A stretch of DNA of 28,274 bases from a virus: UHGV virus genome UHGV-1752292; one strand, given 5' to 3'. The notes beneath the pieces are model-generated. The model ran no database searches. It was not told the DNA's origin and saw only the letters and a list, made by a program, of their open reading frames with translations. Positions 9,360 through 15,781 of the stretch are shown here, one piece after another. Within the stretch, counting starts at the first letter, position 1. Every line of letters begins with the position of its first letter. The translations under genes were made by a program, and so were the position numbers.

Positions 9360-10164
9360 CAGTGGCGCATGTAAAACGTTGTGAATTGCTGGAAGCCTAA
9401 GTCTTAAAAGATATGGTAATCAGCAGCGAAGTCTCTGTTAGGACTCCTATAGTAGAAATGGGAGAGAGACAATGGTAGGTTATAAAGAGAGAGTTTGTTC
9501 CAGATGTGGCGAAGAGTTTAAGCCATATCAGTACAATCAAAAACGTTGCAGAAACTGCGTTCTTGAAGTAGACAGGAGAGCAGCAAGCCGTGTCATAGAA
9601 AAGGTATGTCCAAGCTGCAATAACCAATTCACACCTAGAACAGCAAGACAGACATATTGCAGTTCTGCATGTGGAGAAAAGGGAAAGGTAAAGAACTACT
9701 ACTTAAGGACTTACGGCCTAGAAAGAGAAGAGGTTGAAGAGTTGTTAAGTAAATGTGGCCATAAGTGCCAAATCTGTGGCGGTGAAGGTTTCATCATGAA
9801 TGGTTCAAGACATAAAGCTAAACTTGTTGTTGACCATGACCACAAAACAGGTAAGGTGAGAGGGATGTTGTGCCACAACTGTAACAGAGGTCTTGGCTTG
9901 TTCTCAGACAGTGTAGATAATATGCAGAGAGCAATTGCATACCTTAGTAAACAATAGTATTTTAGAGTTCCTAACAGAGAAACGTTCAGAGACTATCGAA
10001 AAGCATACTTAATGTATGAACTGAGTAGAGTAGGGTGGTAAGCTAATGACCATTCCCAAGTGCAACGGTAGTATTACTACTACGTGATATAGTCCGACAC
10101 TCCGTAGAAATGCGGAGAAGTTCATAAGAGAACTGGTACACCTTGCGAGTGTATTGACCAGATG
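9360..10164 (+). mobile_element. Group I self-splicing intron (805 nt) carrying a homing endonuclease ORF
   Basis: P-like element AATTGCTGGAAG (9384-9395) pairing with Q-like AATCAGCAGC (9418-9427); R-like GTTCAGAGACTA (9984-9995) and S-like GATATAGTCC (10086-10095) able to form P7; predicted P1 with U-G pair at the 5' splice site; intron ends in G10164; ORF sits between Q and R (P6 loop). Confidence 0.7.
9472..9957 (+). CDS. Intron-encoded HNH homing endonuclease (Endonuclease VII-like)
   Basis: 161 aa; VVDHDHKTGKVRGMLCHNCNRGLGLF matches the T4 endonuclease VII / HNH core (DHDH…GKVRG.LC..CN); two N-terminal CxxC pairs; GGGAGAGAGA RBS upstream. Confidence 0.8.
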   Translation: MVGYKERVCSRCGEEFKPYQYNQKRCRNCVLEVDRRAASRVIEKVCPSCNNQFTPRTARQTYCSSACGEKGKVKNYYLRTYGLEREEVEELLSKCGHKCQICGGEGFIMNGSRHKAKLVVDHDHKTGKVRGMLCHNCNRGLGLFSDSVDNMQRAIAYLSKQ

Positions 10165-10721
10165 TATTGTTCGGTGCAGGTGATGAGAAGTTTGCTAAGA
10201 CAATTAAGACTGCAACTACTCAGGAAGGTGCACTGACTAAACAGACTTACTTTATTCGTTTGCCTAAAATTAAGAAGCTGCTAGATGACTTGGAAGCTGA
10301 CTACAAAGCGACTAAAAAGGCACTTGAAGAGGTATTTGGTAAGACTGCTGCAATCTCTAAAGGGGGTTTTGTAAAGGTTGCTGGAGCTTGGTTGTGGTGT
10401 AAATCTCCACATAAGTTATTGAATTATTTGCTTATGGGTTCGGAAAGCCAGATTCAGAACGAGGCAATTAACCTCGCTTGCCGTCGTATGATTGACGAAG
10501 GTTTGATGAAGTTAAACGGTCGCAAACCAGCTATAGGTGCTCGTTTATTGTGCTCCTATCACGACGAGACGAGTTGGGAATGCCCAGAAAGTATGACGGC
10601 AGAGGTGAAAGCTGTTACTGATTGGTATTACGGACAAGCCTCTAAGAACTTAGGGCTTAAGAGTGAAACACTAGTAACTGGTACTGGTAAGGTTGGTAAG
10701 TCGTGGTTGGAAGTACATTAA
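10165..10721 (+). CDS. DNA polymerase (family A), exon 2
   Basis: Begins in the second half of motif B (LFGAGDEK, compare T7 YGAGDEK) and contains motif C (SYHDE). The track ORF 10167-10721 starts at TTG, which is not a genuine initiation codon here. Confidence 0.75.
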
Positions 10722-10731
10722 TGGTGTCAAA

Positions 10732-11259
10732 ATGATTACACAAGAACGTTTAAAGGAGCTACTACACTATGACCCCGAAACAGGGGTCTTTACTTGGCTT
10801 CGTAGAGATGGTGACTCAAGGGCTGTTAAAGTCTTTAACAGTCAGTACGCAGGACAGGTAGCGGGGAGCATCCAGATTGACTCAACTGGCCATAAACAGC
10901 TAACTATCTATTTTGACAAGAAAGCACATAAAGCGCACAGACTCGCATGGCTGTATGTGTATGGGAGTTTACCGAGAGGGATTATTGACCATGTTAATGG
11001 GGACTCTCTTGATAACAGGATTGTAAACTTAAGAGAAGCAGATGACTGTCAAAGTGCTTGGAATAAAAGCAAACTAGCCACCAATAAATCAGGCTATAAG
11101 GGTGTAAGTCTGAAGAAGAAGACTGGTAGGTGGGTTGCACAAATAAGCTATAAAGGTAAAAAGATGTTCTTAGGCTACTACGACACACCAGAAGAAGCCC
11201 ATAAAGCTTACTGTGAAGCTGCTATAAAACTCCACGGAGAGTTTGCAAAACTATCTTGA
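10732..11259 (+). CDS. Free-standing HNH homing endonuclease with AP2-type DNA-binding domain
   Basis: ATG at 10732 (track ORF starts at TTG 10693); HNH_3-like motif HRLAWLYVYG…IDHVNGDSLDNRIVNLR followed by AP2-like SGYKGVS…GRWVAQISYKGKKMFLGYYDTPEEAHKAY. Confidence 0.7.
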   Translation: MITQERLKELLHYDPETGVFTWLRRDGDSRAVKVFNSQYAGQVAGSIQIDSTGHKQLTIYFDKKAHKAHRLAWLYVYGSLPRGIIDHVNGDSLDNRIVNLREADDCQSAWNKSKLATNKSGYKGVSLKKKTGRWVAQISYKGKKMFLGYYDTPEEAHKAYCEAAIKLHGEFAKLS

Positions 11260-11310
11260 CAAGGTGCTCATGGAAGAGTATCTTATACTATATCTTGTAT
11301 AGGAGGCCAT

Positions 11311-11523
11311 ATGACACTTGCAGACGTTATTCAGCAACTTCACGACAATTGCTATACTCCAGAGTTGATTCAAGAGATGCTTATTGTGGTGATGCCTAGT
11401 AAGTTCGTAAAAGGTTTTAATAGTGAATCTTTAAAGTCTGCGCATATCCTTATTGTTGACGGTAAGATTGCAAGAGACCGTACAGGAGTCCTCAAGGGTG
11501 AACGTATTAGTATTGGCCTCTGA
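11311..11523 (+). CDS. Hypothetical protein
   Basis: 70-aa ORF with strong RBS AGGAGG 6 nt upstream; a possible TTGACA-N17-TATCTT promoter lies at 11256-11284. Confidence 0.45.
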   Translation: MTLADVIQQLHDNCYTPELIQEMLIVVMPSKFVKGFNSESLKSAHILIVDGKIARDRTGVLKGERISIGL

Positions 11524-11540
11524 GTATTGGGAGTACCAAA

Positions 11541-11696
11541 ATGAAACGCAAAGTAAAATTATTTAGCTTATATGGAAGAGTCGGTAAAGGTTTTGATTGG
11601 CAACTGCTACGTTCAGATGTTAAAAGCAACGAGTTAGCACAGCTTATTATAAACTATCGACGAACGTACAGAGAGGTAGAACATCGTGAACAGTAA
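11541..11696 (+). CDS. Hypothetical small protein (51 aa)
   Basis: Not in the ORF track; ATG at 11541 with GGGAG RBS; stop overlaps the GTG start of the next ORF. Confidence 0.3.
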   Translation: MKRKVKLFSLYGRVGKGFDWQLLRSDVKSNELAQLIINYRRTYREVEHREQ

Positions 11697-11940
11697 AATT
11701 GAAAAGTCTGATGAAGTTATCAGAAGCAAAGACAAAGCTACATCCCTAATCGCTGACGCTTGGAGCAGAGGCTTAGATTACGAATGGTATCTTAGTGTAT
11801 GCCAAGAGTTATCAGTCTCCCCAGCATCAAAAGAAACTTTCGATAAACTCTACGTAGTTTGCCAAGATGGGTACAATGAAGCCATGCTTCAAAACTGCAT
11901 GAGTTTAATCAACCCAAAAGCATCTGACTTATTCTTTTAA
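11686..11940 (+). CDS. Hypothetical protein
   Basis: 84-aa ORF, probable GTG start with GAGGTA RBS about 8 nt upstream. Confidence 0.4.
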   Translation: MNSKIEKSDEVIRSKDKATSLIADAWSRGLDYEWYLSVCQELSVSPASKETFDKLYVVCQDGYNEAMLQNCMSLINPKASDLFF

Positions 11941-11949
11941 GGTGAAGAT

Positions 11950-12156
11950 ATGGAAGCCCTAGTAAACTATATCTACTGTTATGATGTTGTTCACTCCACT
12001 ACAACGGTAGCTCAACGTAATCCAATCGTCCCACGAGAGGGGGAGTTGGTTCGAATTGAGGGTTGGACTTACACTGTGGAAAGCATCATTCATAAGTTTG
12101 ATGTTGCTGGTGATGTTCAGGTTATCGACGTAGAGATTGGTGGTAAGAGAAAATGA
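11950..12156 (+). CDS. Hypothetical protein
   Basis: 68-aa ORF, AAGGTGAAG RBS; stop overlaps the next start (ATGA). Confidence 0.45.
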   Translation: MEALVNYIYCYDVVHSTTTVAQRNPIVPREGELVRIEGWTYTVESIIHKFDVAGDVQVIDVEIGGKRK

Positions 12157-12371
12157 CTGTAGAAGATAAATTTAAGAACGCAGTTCTTACAGAAGATGGT
12201 GAGCTTGAAACATTCATTCTTCGTGTTGATGGTAAGCTATTCCGGTGTCGTTGTGGGTCAAACTGTTTCCATAAACCAGATAAAAATGACTTAGAGCTTT
12301 ACGCATGTAATGCTTGTTACACTTGGTATCACTCAGAGGTTAAAAATGACAATTCTGTACAAACAAAATAA
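12153..12371 (+). CDS. Hypothetical small zinc-ribbon protein
   Basis: 72 aa with CRC…C and C..C pairs (FRCRCGSNCF…ACNACY). Confidence 0.45.
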   Translation: MTVEDKFKNAVLTEDGELETFILRVDGKLFRCRCGSNCFHKPDKNDLELYACNACYTWYHSEVKNDNSVQTK

Positions 12372-13449
12372 AGATGGCTCTTTTAACGTCTGGTCATGCG
12401 TTGCTGTAGGTGACAAAGTTATTACAACCTACGGTAAAGAAAATGGCAAGATGATGTTTGAAGAGTATACAGCAGAACCTAAAAACATCGGTAAAAAGAA
12501 TGAGCGTAACGCTGAACAGCAAGCTCTCTTTGAAGTTGCTGCTAAGTATAAAAAGCAGGTTGACCGCAAAGGTTATGCTTACACAAAAGAGTCTGCACAG
12601 AATACTGAGAAGGTAGGTGTGCAGCTTGCTCATGATGCTGCAAAGGTTAGTCATGCAAAGTATCTGAAGTTCCCTGCTGATGCTCAACCGAAACTTGATG
12701 GTGTACGTTGTAGGATTTCAAGGAACTTGAGCATTGGCAGTGTATTTACAGCATACTCTCGTGAGAATACTGTTTACAAAATCCCTACTGAACTAATACC
12801 TGACATTATGGCAATGTTAAGGCTCCACAAAGATGTTGATGAGTTTGATGGTGAGATTTATGCTCATGGGTGGGACTTAGAAGATATTGTCTCTATGATT
12901 AAAAATGAAGACAATCCTGACCGACACCTACTCAAGTTTTACTGGTACGATATCTGTGATAGTACTAAGACGTGGCCTGAGCGTAGAGATATCATTGAGA
13001 CTTCACCATTGAATGACTTCAGAGACGGCTGTAAAGTTGTTCCTGTTAAGTCTCGTCGTGTAAATTCTTGGGAAGAGTTTGATGAAGCTCATGATAAGTG
13101 GGTTGAAGCTAAGTTTGAAGGTGCAATGTACCGTTCAATCTCTGAAGACTCCTTCTATGAGTGTTGTCACCGTTCATACTTCTTGATTAAGCACAAGAAG
13201 ATGCACACTGAAGAGTTTAAAGTGACTGGTGTAAAGACTGATAAGCGTGGTCATGGCAAGTTCGTTGTAGAGACTCTTCCTAACGTCTTTGTAGATGTCT
13301 CATGGAAGACTACTCATGAGAAGAAACAGTATCTTGCTGAGCATCCTGAAGAGTTTATCGGGAAACCTCTAACGGTTCAGTTCCAGAAGATGACTCGTAA
13401 GGGTTCTTTACAGTTCCCTGTTGGGCTAGTTATTAGGGATTATGAATAA
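12346..13449 (+). CDS. ATP-dependent DNA ligase
   Basis: Start chosen at ATG 12346 (GAGG 6 nt upstream) rather than the in-frame track start at 12310, which overlaps the upstream ORF; adenylation motif I KLDGVRC. Confidence 0.7.
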   Translation: MTILYKQNKDGSFNVWSCVAVGDKVITTYGKENGKMMFEEYTAEPKNIGKKNERNAEQQALFEVAAKYKKQVDRKGYAYTKESAQNTEKVGVQLAHDAAKVSHAKYLKFPADAQPKLDGVRCRISRNLSIGSVFTAYSRENTVYKIPTELIPDIMAMLRLHKDVDEFDGEIYAHGWDLEDIVSMIKNEDNPDRHLLKFYWYDICDSTKTWPERRDIIETSPLNDFRDGCKVVPVKSRRVNSWEEFDEAHDKWVEAKFEGAMYRSISEDSFYECCHRSYFLIKHKKMHTEEFKVTGVKTDKRGHGKFVVETLPNVFVDVSWKTTHEKKQYLAEHPEEFIGKPLTVQFQKMTRKGSLQFPVGLVIRDYE

Positions 13450-13456
13450 AAAGTTG

Positions 13457-13484
13457 TTGACATAGATAATTTGGTGAGTATACT
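13457..13484 (+). promoter_or_regulatory. Near-consensus sigma70-type promoter
   Basis: TTGACA (13457-13462) - 16 nt - TATACT (13479-13484); flanked by a 9-bp inverted repeat (13472-13480 / 13505-13513) spanning the -10 element and predicted start. Confidence 0.5.
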
Positions 13485-13515
13485 GAGCAGCATAAACCAA
13501 CGGGTACTCACCAGC

Positions 13516-13556
13516 ATCACTTAAGAGTCTTCTAAGAGGGTTTTTAAGTGATGTCT
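13516..13556. repeat. 41-nt palindromic element, copy 1
   Basis: ATCACTTAA - 19 nt - TTAAGTGAT (9-bp perfect arms); spacer contains the direct repeat TAAGAG…TAAGAG. 40/41 identical to copy 2. Confidence 0.7.
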
Positions 13557-13608
13557 GGTAAAGTATGGTTCTGTCCGGTAATGCGATGTATGCTATGGTT
13601 TGGTGTGG
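13554..13608 (+). repeat. Pentanucleotide repeat array 1 (11 units, consensus T-N-N-G-G)
   Basis: tctgg taaag tatgg ttctg tccgg taatg cgatg tatgc tatgg tttgg tgtgg: strict 5-nt register with G enriched at positions 4-5. Confidence 0.65.
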
Positions 13609-13614
13609 GTAGTT

Positions 13615-13649
13615 AGTCTCAGCTACATTAAAATGAGACTTACCTTTTT
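13615..13649 (+). terminator. Unit-1 terminal hairpin with downstream T-run (possible terminator)
   Basis: AGTCTCA - gctacattaaaa - TGAGACT (7-bp stem), then tacc and TTTTT (13645-13649); the 4-nt gap before the T-run makes terminator function uncertain. Confidence 0.35.
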
Positions 13650-13675
13650 AAAAGGTCTTTAAGAGGGTCTTTTAA

Positions 13676-13745
13676 TGAGGTTTGTTATGGTCAGGTATGG
13701 TGTGGTGTTGTAAAGTTTGGTGCGGTCAGGTTAGGCTTGGTATGG
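13676..13745 (+). repeat. Pentanucleotide repeat array 2 (14 units, consensus T-N-N-G-G)
   Basis: tgagg tttgt tatgg tcagg tatgg tgtgg tgttg taaag tttgg tgcgg tcagg ttagg cttgg tatgg; preceded by a degenerate copy of the TAAGAGGG element (13655-13675). Confidence 0.7.
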
Positions 13746-13751
13746 GTAGTT

Positions 13752-13777
13752 AATCGAAACTACATAAAAATTCGATT
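13752..13777 (+). other. Unit-2 terminal hairpin (conserved loop, different stem)
   Basis: AATCGAA - actacataaaaa - TTCGATT; an alternative mutually exclusive hairpin GTAGTT - aatcga - AACTAC (13746-13763) overlaps it. Confidence 0.5.
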
Positions 13778-13779
13778 AC

Positions 13780-13820
13780 ATCACTTAAGAGTCTTCTAAG
13801 AGGATTTTTAAGTGATGTCT
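13780..13820. repeat. 41-nt palindromic element, copy 2
   Basis: ATCACTTAAGAGTCTTCTAAGAGGATTTTTAAGTGATGTCT; one substitution relative to copy 1; 264 bp downstream of copy 1. Confidence 0.7.
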
Positions 13821-13877
13821 AGTCAGGTATTGTCCGGTATGGCAAAGCATGGTTCGGTTCGGCAGGGCTTGGTATGG
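13818..13877 (+). repeat. Pentanucleotide repeat array 3 (12 units, consensus T-N-N-G-G)
   Basis: tctag tcagg tattg tccgg tatgg caaag catgg ttcgg ttcgg caggg cttgg tatgg in 5-nt register. Confidence 0.65.
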
Positions 13878-13883
13878 AAGGAT

Positions 13884-13909
13884 GGCAGTAGCCTTATAAA
13901 AAATCTGCC
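13884..13909 (+). other. Unit-3 terminal hairpin
   Basis: GGCAG - tagccttataaaaaat - CTGCC; A-rich 3' half of the loop as in units 1 and 2. Confidence 0.4.
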
Positions 13910-13912
13910 AAA

Positions 13913-13963
13913 TAAGCTATAAAATCTGTTGACAAGTCAGGTGTTATAGCTTATTTTTATACT
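13913..13963 (+). promoter_or_regulatory. 10-bp inverted repeat enclosing a TTGACA hexamer, followed by T-run and TATACT
   Basis: TAAGCTATAA (13913-13922) / TTATAGCTTA (13944-13953) flank TTGACA (13929-13934); TTTTTAT then TATACT (13958-13963) about 40 nt upstream of the 14002 start. -35/-10 spacing of 23 is non-canonical, so this could be an operator, a terminator-like hairpin or a promoter. Confidence 0.3.
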
Positions 13964-14001
13964 CAACGTAATACAAGATTTAATATAACTTTGAGGTCAT
14001 T

Positions 14002-14385
14002 ATGAAAAAGATTTTATTAGCTGCTGCAATGGTTATGGCAATGAATTTACCAGTCAATGCAACAGAACTTCCAAATGTGGACTTATCAGGTGTTCCAGAA
14101 GATACTTGCCAGATTGTAAAAGGTGTTGCTCTGGCTAATGGTGAGTTGCTTAAACCAATCTCTGAAGAGTCTTTAACAGAGATGACTGATAAGGTAACTG
14201 ACTATCAGTATCGTGTTCTTGCAGAGTATTTCCTGCAATCTGCAAATATTAAAGAGAAGCACCCTGATGATATTGATGCGCAGGCTATGCTTAATCATCG
14301 TATCCAGTTTAAAGAGGATTTGATGCAAAAAGCTATGTATGGTGTTGAGTATTTCTTAGAAAACAGAAGCTGCACAGGTATTTGA
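14002..14385 (+). CDS. Small secreted/periplasmic protein with cleavable signal peptide
   Basis: 127 aa; N-terminus MKKILLAAAMVMAMNLPVNA/TE has the positively charged n-region, hydrophobic core and AxA-type cleavage site of a Sec signal peptide; GAGG RBS. Confidence 0.5.
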   Translation: MKKILLAAAMVMAMNLPVNATELPNVDLSGVPEDTCQIVKGVALANGELLKPISEESLTEMTDKVTDYQYRVLAEYFLQSANIKEKHPDDIDAQAMLNHRIQFKEDLMQKAMYGVEYFLENRSCTGI

Positions 14386-14386
14386 T

Positions 14387-14599
14387 ATGGCTCTTAAAAA
14401 GTTACATCCCAGAAGCGGTTATGGTAAGATAATTGATGATACAGACGGCTTTACAGTCTTTACAGTTATCTGTCAAGATGATTCACAGATTGAAAAGGCT
14501 CTTGATGATTATCTTAACGATGAACGTGAAAAGGTTAGGGCTACAAACATAGATTCATTGATTGACACTTCACGAAAACGGAAGAAGAAAGATGAATGA
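14387..14599 (+). CDS. Hypothetical protein
   Basis: 70-aa ORF starting 1 nt after the preceding stop; charged, Lys-rich C-terminus. Confidence 0.45.
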   Translation: MALKKLHPRSGYGKIIDDTDGFTVFTVICQDDSQIEKALDDYLNDEREKVRATNIDSLIDTSRKRKKKDE

Positions 14600-14891
14600 G
14601 GTTTTTGACCCTTATGCTCCACAAGATGATTGGGAGGCTGACAGAGAGGCTGAAATGGAGAGTTATATTTGTCCAATGGATGTAGACGAAATGAGAGACT
14701 TCGTTGCACATCGTTTTAAGAGAGAGATTAAATCCAGAGGTCTTTCTCAAGAGCAAGTTGCTAAAATTTGTGGTATCTCTCAGGCTCGTGTATCCAACAT
14801 AATCAACCTCACTGGTAATGTCTCTCTTGAGTTTATGTTGGAAGTATGTGAAAAATTTGGTGTTAATTTTAATTTAAGGTTGGCAGATTAA
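14592..14891 (+). CDS. Helix-turn-helix (XRE-like) DNA-binding protein
   Basis: Start chosen at ATG 14592 (MNEVFDP…), overlapping the preceding ORF by 8 nt; LSQEQVAKICGISQARVSNIINLTGNVSLEFMLEVCEKFGV resembles the Cro/CI-type HTH. Confidence 0.5.
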   Translation: MNEVFDPYAPQDDWEADREAEMESYICPMDVDEMRDFVAHRFKREIKSRGLSQEQVAKICGISQARVSNIINLTGNVSLEFMLEVCEKFGVNFNLRLAD

Positions 14892-14892
14892 T

Positions 14893-15252
14893 ATGAAACG
14901 TGAAAACATTATCCACTCTGAAAACTTTGCATTAGGCTTTTATGGTGTACCAACTCACCTTGAAAAGTATTATGGTGTGAAGATTCTTTCCAATCTCATT
15001 ATGGCCTACAAAGATGGTAAGATTAAGCATACTGAGAAGAAACGCGTCATGGGTTATATGGCTGTAGGTTCAGCAATCTCAAACATTAAGCTGGAAACAA
15101 CTAGCAGTCAGATTGTGAAAGACCACTTCATCAAAGAGCTTTACCACAATCTTGATGGTGTAGATGTTCAGGCTGTTTGGCTGGATGTTGATGGTCACAA
15201 CTACACAAGTTTCGTTTTCAAAAACGATGACATCAAGTGTCTGTTCCCATAA
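14893..15252 (+). CDS. Hypothetical protein
   Basis: 119-aa ORF, tightly packed in the operon; no recognisable motif. Confidence 0.45.
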   Translation: MKRENIIHSENFALGFYGVPTHLEKYYGVKILSNLIMAYKDGKIKHTEKKRVMGYMAVGSAISNIKLETTSSQIVKDHFIKELYHNLDGVDVQAVWLDVDGHNYTSFVFKNDDIKCLFP

Positions 15253-15265
15253 TAGGTGATTAACT

Positions 15266-15781
15266 ATGATTGATATCTACTTACAAGATACTCATGCAGA
15301 CTTCCTTAAAGTGATGCTTAAAAAGTTTATGGCTTCACAGTATGAGAATGAAGCATCTTTTAAAATAGTTACATGTGGCGACGAAGCTGGTTTTGTTGAG
15401 ATTGAACATGAAGGTACTGGAAAGACTGTTTGTAAGTTACCTGATAGTATGTTCTCTAGCACGTTCTTAACAAAGACTAGTATAAATGTTAAGCTTGTAC
15501 CTCAGATTGAAACATACTCTGGTACAGATTATCCTAAAGGTTTTAAGTCACTGATGAAGTACTTCTTAGATGACTTTGTGAGCAATCTTCTGCGAGAGGT
15601 AAAAGAAAGTCGTACAGTGTTGACTGTAGAGAATATGGGAGGCACTATTAGGGTTACTTCTGACTGCTTTGTTATGAGCCTTTTCGACTTCGTTCCTAAG
15701 AACTTTGATGGTATTCTGGATGAAGAAGATGACTGTGTAGACTTTATATTGGTTCTTGAGCCAGTTTTTGAGGTTAAGTAA
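15266..15781 (+). CDS. Hypothetical protein
   Basis: 171-aa ORF with acidic C-terminal stretch (DGILDEEDDCVDF); no recognisable motif. Confidence 0.5.
   Translation: MIDIYLQDTHADFLKVMLKKFMASQYENEASFKIVTCGDEAGFVEIEHEGTGKTVCKLPDSMFSSTFLTKTSINVKLVPQIETYSGTDYPKGFKSLMKYFLDDFVSNLLREVKESRTVLTVENMGGTIRVTSDCFVMSLFDFVPKNFDGILDEEDDCVDFILVLEPVFEVK

Noticed and set aside
10162-10164. Alternative 3' splice site after G10161 (exon 2 starting at 10162)
   Set aside because: It keeps the frame but gives AYVLFG, lengthening motif B by one residue, and the first exon nucleotide cannot pair with the guide sequence; the site after G10164 gives T7-like spacing and a 5-bp P10.
9360-10721. Reading the polymerase as two separate genes or a pseudogene split by an endonuclease insertion
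   Set aside because: The break falls exactly inside conserved motif B, the interruption has group I core elements plus P1/P10 pairings that restore the frame, and the second part would need a TTG start with no RBS.
7466-12687. Minus-strand ORFs 7466-7681, 7952-8356, 9397-9627, 10994-11188, 12394-12687 and plus-strand 7473-7721
   Set aside because: Embedded in or antisense to the polymerase, intron, HNH-AP2 and ligase genes on an otherwise plus-strand block; no RBS support.
13516-13909. CRISPR array
   Set aside because: The repeats are degenerate ~130-nt units and 5-nt microrepeats, not identical 25-40-nt direct repeats with unique spacers; no cas genes nearby.
13550-13925. Short ATG-initiated peptides within the repeat units (about 21, 12 and 35 codons) preceded by AAGAGG-like sequences
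   Set aside because: The sequence has 5-nt, not 3-nt, periodicity, the peptides are not conserved between units, and the reading frames are stop-rich; more likely non-coding.
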